Counted from the first letter of the stretch, positions 19,080-27,556 are shown. The stretch is DNA of 39,311 bases from Clostridia bacterium (GCA_017440405.1 JAFSHG010000051.1:1-39311); one strand, 5' to 3'. Notes: generated by a model from the sequence alone, not told the origin. Program-made: numbers and translations.

Positions 19080-19203
19080 GTTTTTACCTCCGATTTTTAT
19101 ATTTCATCAAAAAACAGTGTATACGCATTCGTCATTCCCGAGGCTGTGTATTTTTTGTGCGTCTGTGTTAATTGTTTCCGGTGTTGATAAATTTATACAT
19201 TGC

Positions 19204-19232
19204 TTGTAAAATAACTTGCGGCGTGTTATAAT
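19204..19232 (+). promoter_or_regulatory. sigmaA promoter of the DUF5662-GNAT pair
   Basis: TTGTAA-N17-TATAAT with extended TGn. Confidence 0.65.
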
Positions 19233-19258
19233 TCATGCGTATAAGGAGATTTGGTAAC

Positions 19259-19795
19259 ATGCATTTTTTCGGACATCTGCATACAGTATTGCAGCATAAA
19301 AAATATGTATTTCTGCACTGCGTGAAAGCAGGTATTGTGTGGCAGGGTATTGTACATGACTTATCAAAGTTTTCGCCCGCAGAGTTCATAAACAGTGCAA
19401 AGTATTATGTGGGTACGGGCAGCCCCATACCGAGAGAACGCGAAGTGCTCGGCTTCTCCAAGGTTTGGATGCACCACAGTAAAAAGAATAAACATCATGT
19501 GGAATACTGGATTGATAATGACAAGGGAAACATAATTCATGTAAAAATGCCGTTGCGCTATGTGAAAGAAATGTTCTGTGATATGTTATCGGCAGACAAG
19601 GTGTACCTGTCGGCAGCAGGCTCAAAACATAATAACAGTACCCCGCTTGAATATTACAGGAAAATATACTGTTCCTGCAAGAGAATGCATGATGATACGG
19701 CTGCATTGCTTGAAAAGCTATTTGTAATGTTGTCGGAGGAGGGCGAAGACGCCACTTTCAGATATATTCGCAAGCTGAAAGAGAAGGACTACTGA
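19259..19795 (+). CDS. DUF5662 family (HD-like) protein
   Basis: H..TV..HK..V...C...GI..QG..HDLSKFSP.EF, W.HH...NKHH.EYW.D, MP.RYV.EM.CD. ATG 19259 follows AAGGAG. Confidence 0.8.
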   Translation: MHFFGHLHTVLQHKKYVFLHCVKAGIVWQGIVHDLSKFSPAEFINSAKYYVGTGSPIPREREVLGFSKVWMHHSKKNKHHVEYWIDNDKGNIIHVKMPLRYVKEMFCDMLSADKVYLSAAGSKHNNSTPLEYYRKIYCSCKRMHDDTAALLEKLFVMLSEEGEDATFRYIRKLKEKDY

Positions 19796-19796
19796 T

Positions 19797-20336
19797 ATGC
19801 AAAGTTTTGTATTTCCCATAATTACCACGCAAAGGCTCTGTCTGCGTAAATTTTCCGAAAGTGACACGGAAGCTGTCTACAATGCCTTCAAAAACGGAGA
19901 TTTTACCGCAAAAATGCTCACGGAAAAACAGACGGACAGGATTTTTGCCGAAACATACATAGAAGAAATGAAAAGCGAGTATGAAAAAGGCGACTGCTAT
20001 ACTTGGGCGGTAGCACTTAAAGACTGTGATAGCTGTGTTGGGGCAATAAGCCTGAACATGGTGAACTTCACAAACGAGTCAGCAGAATTGGGATACTGGA
20101 TATCTCCTGAGTTCATGGGGTGCGGCTATGCCACTGAAAGCGTATCTGCCATAGTGCGGTATGCTTTTGAATACATGAAGCTGCACAGGCTCAGTGCAAT
20201 GTGCAGATTGGACAATATTGCTTCCATGAATGTGTTGAAAAAGAACGGGTTTACCATAGAGGGCATAGCAAAAGAATCCGCTAAATTCCAAAACAGATAT
20301 GTTGATATAGCAAGTTTTGCCATTATAAACAAGTAA
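19797..20336 (+). CDS. RimJ/RimL-family GNAT N-acetyltransferase
   Basis: I.T.RL.LR, AELGYWI...F.G.GYATE, LHRL.A....N.AS..VL.KNGF..EG. Confidence 0.9.
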   Translation: MQSFVFPIITTQRLCLRKFSESDTEAVYNAFKNGDFTAKMLTEKQTDRIFAETYIEEMKSEYEKGDCYTWAVALKDCDSCVGAISLNMVNFTNESAELGYWISPEFMGCGYATESVSAIVRYAFEYMKLHRLSAMCRLDNIASMNVLKKNGFTIEGIAKESAKFQNRYVDIASFAIINK

Positions 20337-20366
20337 TTTTATACACACACGATTTGCCCTAAAACA

Positions 20367-20396
20367 GAATAACAAGTGCATTTCAAACTAATACTA
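20367..20396 (+). promoter_or_regulatory. Putative sigmaG promoter
   Basis: GAATA-N18-AATACTA, near consensus for sigmaG. Confidence 0.6.
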
Positions 20397-20422
20397 TGAA
20401 TAAAAAAGCAGAGGAGTTTGAA

Positions 20423-20848
20423 ATGGAACATAACAAAGAGTTGGTAAAGGCGGTATATCATAATGCCGAGATGAGCAAGGACATAATAGGAAGAATGATA
20501 AAGATATGTGATGACCCGAGCTTGCGTGCGGCACTCGCTGAGGAGTTTGCACAGTATCATGAAATCACATGTGAGTCCAAAGGTATATGCGATGAAAAGG
20601 GATATTTCGTAAAGCCCAAAAAGCAGGGCAAGGCGGCAATTTTCAGCGGAATGGCAATAAATACAATGATAAATAAGAGTACGCCGCATTTAGCTGAAAT
20701 GATGGTTCAAGGCAGTACAATGGGCGTTATAGATATGAAACGTGCCTTGCGTGAGTATCCGGGTGCGGAAGAAAATGTGCGTACTTTGGCAGAAAAACTA
20801 ATGCACACGGAGCAGAACAACATAAAATCCATGTTGGAGTTTGTTTAA
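20423..20848 (+). CDS. Conserved clostridial helical (ferritin-like bundle) protein, probably forespore-expressed
   Basis: N.EL...VY.N..M...I, D.S..H.AEMM.QG.TMG, L...E.NN. ATG 20423 follows GAGGAG. sigmaG-type promoter upstream. Confidence 0.7.
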   Translation: MEHNKELVKAVYHNAEMSKDIIGRMIKICDDPSLRAALAEEFAQYHEITCESKGICDEKGYFVKPKKQGKAAIFSGMAINTMINKSTPHLAEMMVQGSTMGVIDMKRALREYPGAEENVRTLAEKLMHTEQNNIKSMLEFV

Positions 20849-20912
20849 AACTCAGATATACAAAACGAGCGTATGCGCTAACTTCTCTTTCACGATAGCA
20901 AAAACTTTACAT

Positions 20913-20970
20913 GCAGAAAAAGAAAAGAACTCAATGAAATTAACCATTGAGTTCTCTCTTTCTGCTTTTA
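20913..20970. terminator. Bidirectional intrinsic terminator
   Basis: AGAACTCAATG-N8-CATTGAGTTCT with extended GCAGAAA/TTTCTGC pairing, between convergent genes. Confidence 0.8.
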
Positions 20971-20981
20971 CTGTCAGTCAA

Positions 20982-21605
20982 TTAGTTGCCCGAACCTGAG
21001 GGGTTAACATCGTTTGAGGGTGTCACATCGTCTGAGGGTGTAACATCACCTGAGGGTGTAACGTCACCTGAGGGTGTAACATCATCAGAGGGTGTTGTGT
21101 CGTCATCAACGATACCTGCAAGTATGCGGAGGAGCTTTGATGCGTCAGCTGTGTTTACTTCTTCATCCTGATTTACATCAGCAGCAGCGAACTGTTCTTC
21201 TGTGAGCTGTACGAGCTCTGCTGCGTGGCGAAGAATTACAACAGCGTCACCGGTGTTGATTGTTCCATCAAGGTTTGCATCACCGATTTCATAAACTTCG
21301 GGTGCAGAACCTGTGGTCTCGGAGCCTGTGGTTTCAGAACCTGTGGTCTCGGAACCTGTGGTTTCGGAACCTGTGGTCTCAGAACCTGTGGTCTCGGAAC
21401 CTGTGGTTTCAGAACCTGTGGTTTCAGAGCCTGTGGTCTCGGAACCTGTGGTCTCGGAACCTGTGGTTTCAGAACCTGTGGTTTCGCTGGAAGCTACTAC
21501 ATCGCTCTTAAGAGCTGCGCCTGTTTTTGCTAATGAAGCCAGAGGGATGATTGTGCAAACCATGATCATGGCAACGAGCAAAGCAACGAGTTTTCCTGTT
21601 TTCAT
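20982..21605 (-). CDS. Secreted dockerin-only protein with Ser/Thr-rich tandem repeats
   Basis: Signal peptide, (SETTG)x12, type I dockerin ([14 protein letters not shown]...[14 protein letters not shown], about 21111-21287), then about 6 DVTPS(G/D) repeats. AAGGAG RBS. Confidence 0.88.
   Translation of the reverse strand: MKTGKLVALLVAMIMVCTIIPLASLAKTGAALKSDVVASSETTGSETTGSETTGSETTGSETTGSETTGSETTGSETTGSETTGSETTGSETTGSETTGSAPEVYEIGDANLDGTINTGDAVVILRHAAELVQLTEEQFAAADVNQDEEVNTADASKLLRILAGIVDDDTTPSDDVTPSGDVTPSGDVTPSDDVTPSNDVNPSGSGN
20997..21104 (-). repeat. 18-bp coding tandem repeat, about 6 copies (DVTPSG/D)
   Basis: Recurring TGAGGGTGTAACATCAC-like units. Confidence 0.85.
21309..21488 (-). 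repeat. 15-bp coding tandem repeat, 12 copies (SETTG)
   Basis: Twelve contiguous RCCTGTGGTYTCRGA units (last one ends GCT). Differences are synonymous in the minus-strand frame. Confidence 0.95.
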
Positions 21606-21669
21606 TGTTTTTTCTCCTTAAACATAAAATAATTTGGCATGAATAGAGTAACCCACACCTTCCGCAGAG

Positions 21670-21698
21670 ATTATAGCATATCAAAATTGTTTTGTAAA
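21670..21698 (-). promoter_or_regulatory. sigmaA promoter of the dockerin-only gene
   Basis: TTTACA-N17-TATAAT with extended TGn on the minus strand. Confidence 0.7.
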
Positions 21699-21907
21699 GT
21701 GTTTTTTGCACGAATTTGAATAAAAACTCGAATAATATATAAACTCATCCAAAAATGACTCAGGGAAGGGGAAAAATAATAAAAAAGTGTTATATTCACC
21801 CTTAAATAACAAAAAAATACACACATCCAACACTGCACAAGTTCAGATATGTTGAGAGGTGGTTTATGCCTTGTTTGGGATTTTGCATCTTTGAAAGCAT
21901 AATCTGC

Positions 21908-21936
21908 TTGTTTTTTGTACTGAAAAATGATATCAT
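21908..21936 (+). promoter_or_regulatory. sigmaA promoter of the cysS operon
   Basis: TTGTTT-N17-TATCAT with extended TGn, about 30 nt before the start codon. Confidence 0.55.
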
Positions 21937-21968
21937 AGCAGCATAAGCCGTAAGGAGGTTTGTTTATT

Positions 21969-23363
21969 ATGCAGATTTATAATACAATGACGAAGAAAAA
22001 GGAAACTCTCTGCCCCATAAAACCCGGCGAGATAGGTATGTATGTATGCGGACCCACTGTGTACAGCTTTATTCATATAGGAAATGCACGACCGCTCATA
22101 GTTTTTGATACGCTCAGGCGTTATTTGGAATACACGGGCGTGAAGGTGAGATACATTCAGAATTTCACGGATATTGACGATAAGGTAATACGCCGTGCAA
22201 ATGATGAGAGCTGTACATATCTCGATGTTTCAAACAAGTATATAGAAGAATATTTCCGTGATGCGGACGCACTGAATGTGATGCGCTCCACCGTAAATCC
22301 CCGTGCTACGGAACACATAGATGAGATAATATCACTGGTTGAAAAGCTCATAGAAAAGGGTCATGCATATCCTGCTGATAACGGCGATGTGTATTTTTCG
22401 GTTCGCAGCTATCCGGCATACGGAAAACTGAAAGGCCAGTCCATTGACGATATGGAAAGCGGCGCACGAATAGACCCCACTGAACATAAGAAAGACCCGT
22501 TGGATTTTGCACTTTGGAAGGGAGCAAAACCGGGTGAGCCGTCTTGGGATTCACCCTGGGGTAAGGGCAGACCCGGTTGGCATATAGAGTGTTCTGCCAT
22601 GAGTATGAACATACTGGGAGAAACATTTGACATACATGCAGGCGGCGTGGACCTTGTGTTCCCGCACCACGAAAATGAAATAGCACAGAGTGAAGCGGCA
22701 ACGGGAAAACCCTTTGCAAACTACTGGATGCACAACGGACATATAAATGTGAATAATCAAAAGATGTCCAAATCGCTCGGCAATTTCTTCACCGTGAGAG
22801 ATATTACCAAAGAGTATGAACCCGAGGTTTTGCGCCTTTTCATGTTGGGTGCACATTATCGCTCGCCGTTTAACTTCTCACGTGAACTCATGGACCAGGC
22901 AAAGTCGTCGCTTGCACGTCTGCGTACAGCCCGTGAGAGGCTTATGAATGCACATGTAGGTGCTGAAACGGAAGCAGATGCAGAGTTCATGAAGGAAACA
23001 GAAAAGACAGAAGCGGCTTTCCGTGCTGCCATGGATGACGACCTCAACACAGCGGACGCATTGGGTGTGATATTTGATTTTGTGCGCAAGTGCAATACCT
23101 TTGTTACAGAACCCAGAAGCGAAAAAGCACTTTCAGAGGCTAAGCGATTGTTTGCCGATATGACAGGTGTTTTCGGCATACTTATTCAGGAAGAAGCAAA
23201 GGAAGAATTTCCTGCCGAGGCATTGGAACTGCTTGCACAGCGCACTGAGGCAAGGAAAGTGAAGGACTGGGCAAAATCCGACGAGTTGCGTGACAAGCTG
23301 AAAGAAATGGGTTATGCCGTGGTGGATTCCAAAGATGGTGCAAAGCTGAAAGTCATCGAATAA
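21969..23363 (+). CDS. cysS: Cysteine--tRNA ligase
   Basis: YVCGPTVY..IHIGNAR, DFALWK, GRPGWHIECSAM, FPHHENE, KMSKSLGNF. Confidence 0.98.
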   Translation: MQIYNTMTKKKETLCPIKPGEIGMYVCGPTVYSFIHIGNARPLIVFDTLRRYLEYTGVKVRYIQNFTDIDDKVIRRANDESCTYLDVSNKYIEEYFRDADALNVMRSTVNPRATEHIDEIISLVEKLIEKGHAYPADNGDVYFSVRSYPAYGKLKGQSIDDMESGARIDPTEHKKDPLDFALWKGAKPGEPSWDSPWGKGRPGWHIECSAMSMNILGETFDIHAGGVDLVFPHHENEIAQSEAATGKPFANYWMHNGHINVNNQKMSKSLGNFFTVRDITKEYEPEVLRLFMLGAHYRSPFNFSRELMDQAKSSLARLRTARERLMNAHVGAETEADAEFMKETEKTEAAFRAAMDDDLNTADALGVIFDFVRKCNTFVTEPRSEKALSEAKRLFADMTGVFGILIQEEAKEEFPAEALELLAQRTEARKVKDWAKSDELRDKLKEMGYAVVDSKDGAKLKVIE

Positions 23364-23373
23364 GGAGAAATGA

Positions 23374-23625
23374 ATGTTAGAGTATAAGTTTGACACACAG
23401 CTTCTCATAGAGGGAACTGAGCTGGACGAAGATGCAATACATGATTATATCACGGAGAATTTTGACGGTGACTGTCTTATTGCGGTAGGCGATGAGGAGC
23501 TTATAAAGATACATTACCACACAAATGAGCCTTGGAAAGTTTTAGAGTATTGCAGCAGTTTGGGCGATATATACGATGTGGTAGCGGAAAATATGCAGCG
23601 ACAAGAGGACGGTCTGCAAGGCTGA
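23374..23625 (+). CDS. Stand-alone FakA/DAK2 (YloV) middle-domain-like protein
   Basis: Y.FDTQ.LI...GDCL..VGD...IKIHYHTN.P...L.Y....G.I....ENM..Q parallels the FakA segment YCTEF...GDS....KVHVHT..PG...NM..Q. AAGGAG RBS. Confidence 0.75.
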   Translation: MLEYKFDTQLLIEGTELDEDAIHDYITENFDGDCLIAVGDEELIKIHYHTNEPWKVLEYCSSLGDIYDVVAENMQRQEDGLQG

Positions 23626-23641
23626 ATAGGGAGAATTTATA

Positions 23642-24085
23642 ATGGAAATGACTATTGCACTGCGCCTTGTGATGTCCATAGTATTAGCTCTTATAGGCAT
23701 ATATCTTTTCATTTGTGCAGTCAGAGTGAAAGGCTCGGTGTACATGAACCCTGCCTTGCAGAGAACAAAACATTACGATAAGTACATCACATATGTACGA
23801 GTGGTGTGCTTTGTGTTGCCCACGCTTTTTCTTATAAATTTAGTGCTTTGCACATATTCTTATCTTGCTCAACACCGACTGCAAAGCAGTTCGGGAGCAG
23901 ATGCAGGCGTTGCGGCAGAGCTTTTGGAAACTGCAAAAGGTGCCTACACCGCTGCAAGCATTTCGCTCATAACCGTGATTGCTGCCGTGGTAATTGTCAT
24001 TTTGATTGCCGCATTCATAACGGGCAGCATGTCGTCGAGTGTTGTAAGCGAAAAGTTAGATAAGAACGCATTTCGTAAGGATTGA
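23642..24085 (+). CDS. Hypothetical membrane protein (3 TM)
   Basis: GGGAG RBS, three hydrophobic segments, tight spacing within the operon. Confidence 0.7.
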   Translation: MEMTIALRLVMSIVLALIGIYLFICAVRVKGSVYMNPALQRTKHYDKYITYVRVVCFVLPTLFLINLVLCTYSYLAQHRLQSSSGADAGVAAELLETAKGAYTAASISLITVIAAVVIVILIAAFITGSMSSSVVSEKLDKNAFRKD

Positions 24086-24101
24086 TCATAGGAGGAATTT
24101 T

Positions 24102-25169
24102 ATGTACCCCAAAGTAACGGCGCACATGGGAAAACTTGCGCATAACCTGAATTATTTGTGTGATTTATGCCATAGCAAAGGACTTTCCGTTGCGGTGGTA
24201 ACAAAAGTTTTTTGTGCCGACGAGAACATAGTACGCATGATTCAAAAGAGCGATGCAGATTACCTTGCAGACTCACGCATACCGAACCTTGTGCGATGTG
24301 CAGGCGGAAAGCCACGTATTCTGCTTAGAATTTCATCGCCGTCTGCCGTGGAGCATGTGATTGAAAACAGCGAAATATCTCTCCAAAGTGAACCCTACAC
24401 CATAAAAAAACTTGCCGATGCCGCAAAACAGGCAGGCAAAAAACATAAGACCGTACTCATGATTGACTTGGGTGACTTGCGTGAGGGGATATATTTTGAG
24501 GAAGAAAAACTCATATACGATGCTTGCGAAACGGTGCTTGCGTCGGAAAATTTGGAGCTTTACGGTATAGGCACAAACCTCACCTGTTACGGCGGAATAC
24601 TGCCCGATAAGCGAAATTTGGGGAACTTGGTAGCAATTTCAAAGCTCATACGCCAAAAATACGGTGTTGAGTTACCCTTTGTATCGGGAGGAAATTCATC
24701 CACGTTGGAATTTTTAAAGTCGGGCGGTGTGCCTGAGGGTATCACAAACTTGCGTCTCGGAGAGTCTTTTGTGCTCGGAAATGACACGGCAGTGTGCAAG
24801 GTGATGGACGGCATGTACGGCGATGCGGTAACTTTGGACGCTGAACTCATAGAGATTAAGAACAAACCCAGTAAACCCGTAGGAACATCGGGCAGGAATG
24901 CATTTGGCGAAGAAGTGCATTTTGAGGATAAAGGTGATATGCTCCGAGGCATACTTGCAATAGGCAGACAGGATGTGGACGAGGGCGGCATACACTGCAC
25001 GGAAAATAATATACAGGTGATAGGTGCCTCATCTGACCATTTGCTTGTTGACTTGAAAGGAAATAAAGGTTACAATATTGGAGATGTCCTAACATTTACC
25101 ATGGAGTACGGTGCAGTGCTCAAAGCATTCACAAGCTCCTATGTAGATAGGGAATACACAAATAATTGA
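24102..25169 (+). CDS. orr: Ornithine racemase-like PLP enzyme (Orr/YhfX family)
   Basis: MYP start, VTK.FCA (PLP lysine), LADSRI.NL, MIDLGDLREG, GTNLTCYGG, SGGNSS, NLRLGES, AIGRQD, GASSDH. Confidence 0.85.
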   Translation: MYPKVTAHMGKLAHNLNYLCDLCHSKGLSVAVVTKVFCADENIVRMIQKSDADYLADSRIPNLVRCAGGKPRILLRISSPSAVEHVIENSEISLQSEPYTIKKLADAAKQAGKKHKTVLMIDLGDLREGIYFEEEKLIYDACETVLASENLELYGIGTNLTCYGGILPDKRNLGNLVAISKLIRQKYGVELPFVSGGNSSTLEFLKSGGVPEGITNLRLGESFVLGNDTAVCKVMDGMYGDAVTLDAELIEIKNKPSKPVGTSGRNAFGEEVHFEDKGDMLRGILAIGRQDVDEGGIHCTENNIQVIGASSDHLLVDLKGNKGYNIGDVLTFTMEYGAVLKAFTSSYVDREYTNN

Positions 25170-25187
25170 TAAAGGAGAATCATTGCA

Positions 25188-26183
25188 ATGCCGGTAAATC
25201 TCAAAGGCAGACATCTGCTCACACTCAAAGACTTCACACCCGAGGAGATTCGTTATCTTCTGAACCTTGCTCATGACCTCAAGAGCAACAAACGTGCAGG
25301 CGTAAAGTCACGCAATTTGGAAGGAAAAAACATCGTTCTTATTTTTGAAAAAACATCCACACGTACACGCTGTGCATTTGAAGTGGCAGCTTTTGACGAG
25401 GGTGCAAACGTTACTTTCCTCACAAACAGCCAAATGGGTAAAAAAGAATCCATCGAGGACACAGCAAAGGTTCTCGGCAGATTCTATGACGGTATAGAAT
25501 TCCGTGGTTTTAAGCAGGAAACAGTGGAAGAACTTGCAAAGCACGCAGGCGTTCCCGTTTGGAACGGACTTACGGATTTGTATCATCCCACGCAGATTTT
25601 AGCTGACTTCCTCACCATTGAAGAGCATGTGCATAAGCCTCTTAATAAGGTTAAGCTCGTATATGTGGGCGACGCAAGAAACAATATGGGCAACTCACTC
25701 ATGATTGGTGCTGCAAAGATGGGTATGACTTTCGTGGGAATAGCTCCCAAGTCACTCTTCCCCGATGAGAAACTGGTGGCTGAAATGCAGGAAGTAGCAA
25801 AGCAGACAGGTGCTTCCATTTCATTCTCCGATGATATAAAGGACGTTGACGGTGCAGATGCTATCTATACGGACGTTTGGGTATCAATGGGTGAAGAAGA
25901 CCAGTTTGAAGAGAGAATCCGCCTGCTCACACCCTACCGTGTGACTATGGATATGATGAACATGACTCATAACCCCGAGTGCATATTCCTGCACTGCCTG
26001 CCCTCATTCCATGACCAGGAAACAGCGGTTGGTCGTGAGATGTATGAGAAGTACGGCGTAAAAGAGCAGGAAGTTACGGACGAAGTATTCCGCAGCTCAC
26101 GCTCTAAGGTGTTTGACGAAGCAGAGAACCGTATGCATACCATAAAGGCTGTTATGGTTGCAACAATAGGTCGTCAAAACTGA
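25188..26183 (+). CDS. argF: Ornithine carbamoyltransferase (ArgF/ArcB, catabolic-like)
   Basis: [36 protein letters not shown] carries Glu as in catabolic ArcB. Confidence 0.96.
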   Translation: MPVNLKGRHLLTLKDFTPEEIRYLLNLAHDLKSNKRAGVKSRNLEGKNIVLIFEKTSTRTRCAFEVAAFDEGANVTFLTNSQMGKKESIEDTAKVLGRFYDGIEFRGFKQETVEELAKHAGVPVWNGLTDLYHPTQILADFLTIEEHVHKPLNKVKLVYVGDARNNMGNSLMIGAAKMGMTFVGIAPKSLFPDEKLVAEMQEVAKQTGASISFSDDIKDVDGADAIYTDVWVSMGEEDQFEERIRLLTPYRVTMDMMNMTHNPECIFLHCLPSFHDQETAVGREMYEKYGVKEQEVTDEVFRSSRSKVFDEAENRMHTIKAVMVATIGRQN

Positions 26184-26192
26184 TAGACATAT

Positions 26193-26231
26193 AAATCGTG
26201 GGAACGGTAAATACACCGTTCTCACGATTTT
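26193..26231 (+). terminator. Intrinsic terminator of the cysS-orr-argF operon
   Basis: AAATCGTGGGAACGGT-N6-ACCGTTCTCACGATTT 16-bp stem. Confidence 0.85.
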
Positions 26232-26261
26232 GAAATTAAGTGCAAAAGTATAAACTGCATT

Positions 26262-27401
26262 ATGAAGACACGAATTGATTCCAGAACCTGGGCGGAAATT
26301 GATTTATCCGCTCTTTTGCATAATTTGAAGTACGCCAAGCGTTGCGTGAATGACAGACCCATAATGTGCGTGGTGAAAGCCGATGCATACGGACATGGGG
26401 CGGTGCCGTGCGGACTTTTTCTTGAAAAAAACGGTGCCGATGCTTTTGCTGTGGCATGTTTGGAAGAGGCAATCGCAATGCGAGAGGGTGGAATCAAACT
26501 TCCTATTCTCATATTAGGTTACACGGCAGCAGAATATGCTGATATTTTAGCAGAGTATAATCTTACACAAACGCTTTTGGACTTATCCCATGCAAGGGAG
26601 ATGAGTGCAGCAGCTAAGGGATATAATGTACGTGTGCAAGCACATATAAAGCTGGATACAGGCATGGGTAGAGCGGGTATTTTGGCACAGGGCAAACAGT
26701 ACATGCATGATGCCATAATAGATGCATGTCGTGAATGCGAACTCCCTAATCTGGATATAAAGGGCATGTACACGCATATGTCGGTTGCGGACACTCCCTC
26801 ACAGATAGATTACACAAACTGGCAGATTGAAAACTATAATACCGTGTGCGAAGGTCTCATAGCAAACGGTCACGATATAGAATGCTGCCACATGTCAAAC
26901 AGTGCAGGCATCATAAATCATCCCCAGGCTCACTTTGATATAGTGCGTGAGGGAATTATGCTCTATGGCATGTATCCCGACAGCCGACCCGTAAAAAACG
27001 GTCCGTTGCGACCCGTGATGACGCTGAAAAGCAGAGTGTCACAGATAAGGCATTTCCCAAAGGGAACCACCATAAGCTACGGCAGAACATACAGAGCGGA
27101 GGAAGATATCACGGCGGCGGTAATTACGGCAGGATACGCGGACGGGTATCCCAGGCGCATGAGCAATAACGCAAGATTTGCCATACGTGGAAAAAGCTAT
27201 GAGCAAATAGGCCGTGTGTGCATGGATATGATGATGGCAGATGTTACAGGCTCAGACGTGTCCCGAGGAGATGAGGTTATTCTGTTCGGTCAAAACGGTA
27301 TGAGCGTGGAGGAAGTAGCTCAGATTGTGGGTACCATAAACTATGAGCTGACGTGCCGTGTCACAAACAGGGCAAGGCGCATGTACCTGAACGACAGATG
27401 A
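26262..27401 (+). CDS. alr: Alanine racemase
   Basis: VVKADAYGHG, HIKLDTGMGR, NSAG, ISYG (catalytic Tyr), GYADG, GRVCMD, TINYE. Confidence 0.93.
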   Translation: MKTRIDSRTWAEIDLSALLHNLKYAKRCVNDRPIMCVVKADAYGHGAVPCGLFLEKNGADAFAVACLEEAIAMREGGIKLPILILGYTAAEYADILAEYNLTQTLLDLSHAREMSAAAKGYNVRVQAHIKLDTGMGRAGILAQGKQYMHDAIIDACRECELPNLDIKGMYTHMSVADTPSQIDYTNWQIENYNTVCEGLIANGHDIECCHMSNSAGIINHPQAHFDIVREGIMLYGMYPDSRPVKNGPLRPVMTLKSRVSQIRHFPKGTTISYGRTYRAEEDITAAVITAGYADGYPRRMSNNARFAIRGKSYEQIGRVCMDMMMADVTGSDVSRGDEVILFGQNGMSVEEVAQIVGTINYELTCRVTNRARRMYLNDR

Positions 27402-27429
27402 AAAATAATATTAAATAATGCAGTGAGTT

Positions 27430-27473
27430 GACGCAATCGGAGCTTATACAAGCAAGGTTGTGTCTTTTTTTTT
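27430..27473 (+). terminator. Intrinsic terminator after alr
   Basis: GACGCAATC...GGTTGTGTC stem with G-U pairs, followed by T9. Confidence 0.7.
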
Positions 27474-27556
27474 GAATCAAAATTGTACGTAGATTTTTAG
27501 GGAGAAACAAAAGTGTTGTTTTCCCAATCCTTTGGCGATTAAAAGGGGGCTTGTAC

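Noticed and set aside
21309-21488. Possible CRISPR array or iteron set
   Set aside because: The 15-bp units are contiguous with no spacers, vary only synonymously and lie within a CDS. No cas or rep gene is present.
21225-21621. Plus-strand repetitive ORFs ((SEPVV)n, (CGFRT)n, (NLWF)n)
   Set aside because: These are antisense shadows of the SETTG repeat. The minus-strand ORF has the promoter, RBS, signal peptide and dockerin.
26262-27401. alr as a histidine racemase linked to the hut operon
   Set aside because: It has canonical Alr motifs and is separated from hut by two unrelated transcription units. There is no sequence evidence for altered specificity.
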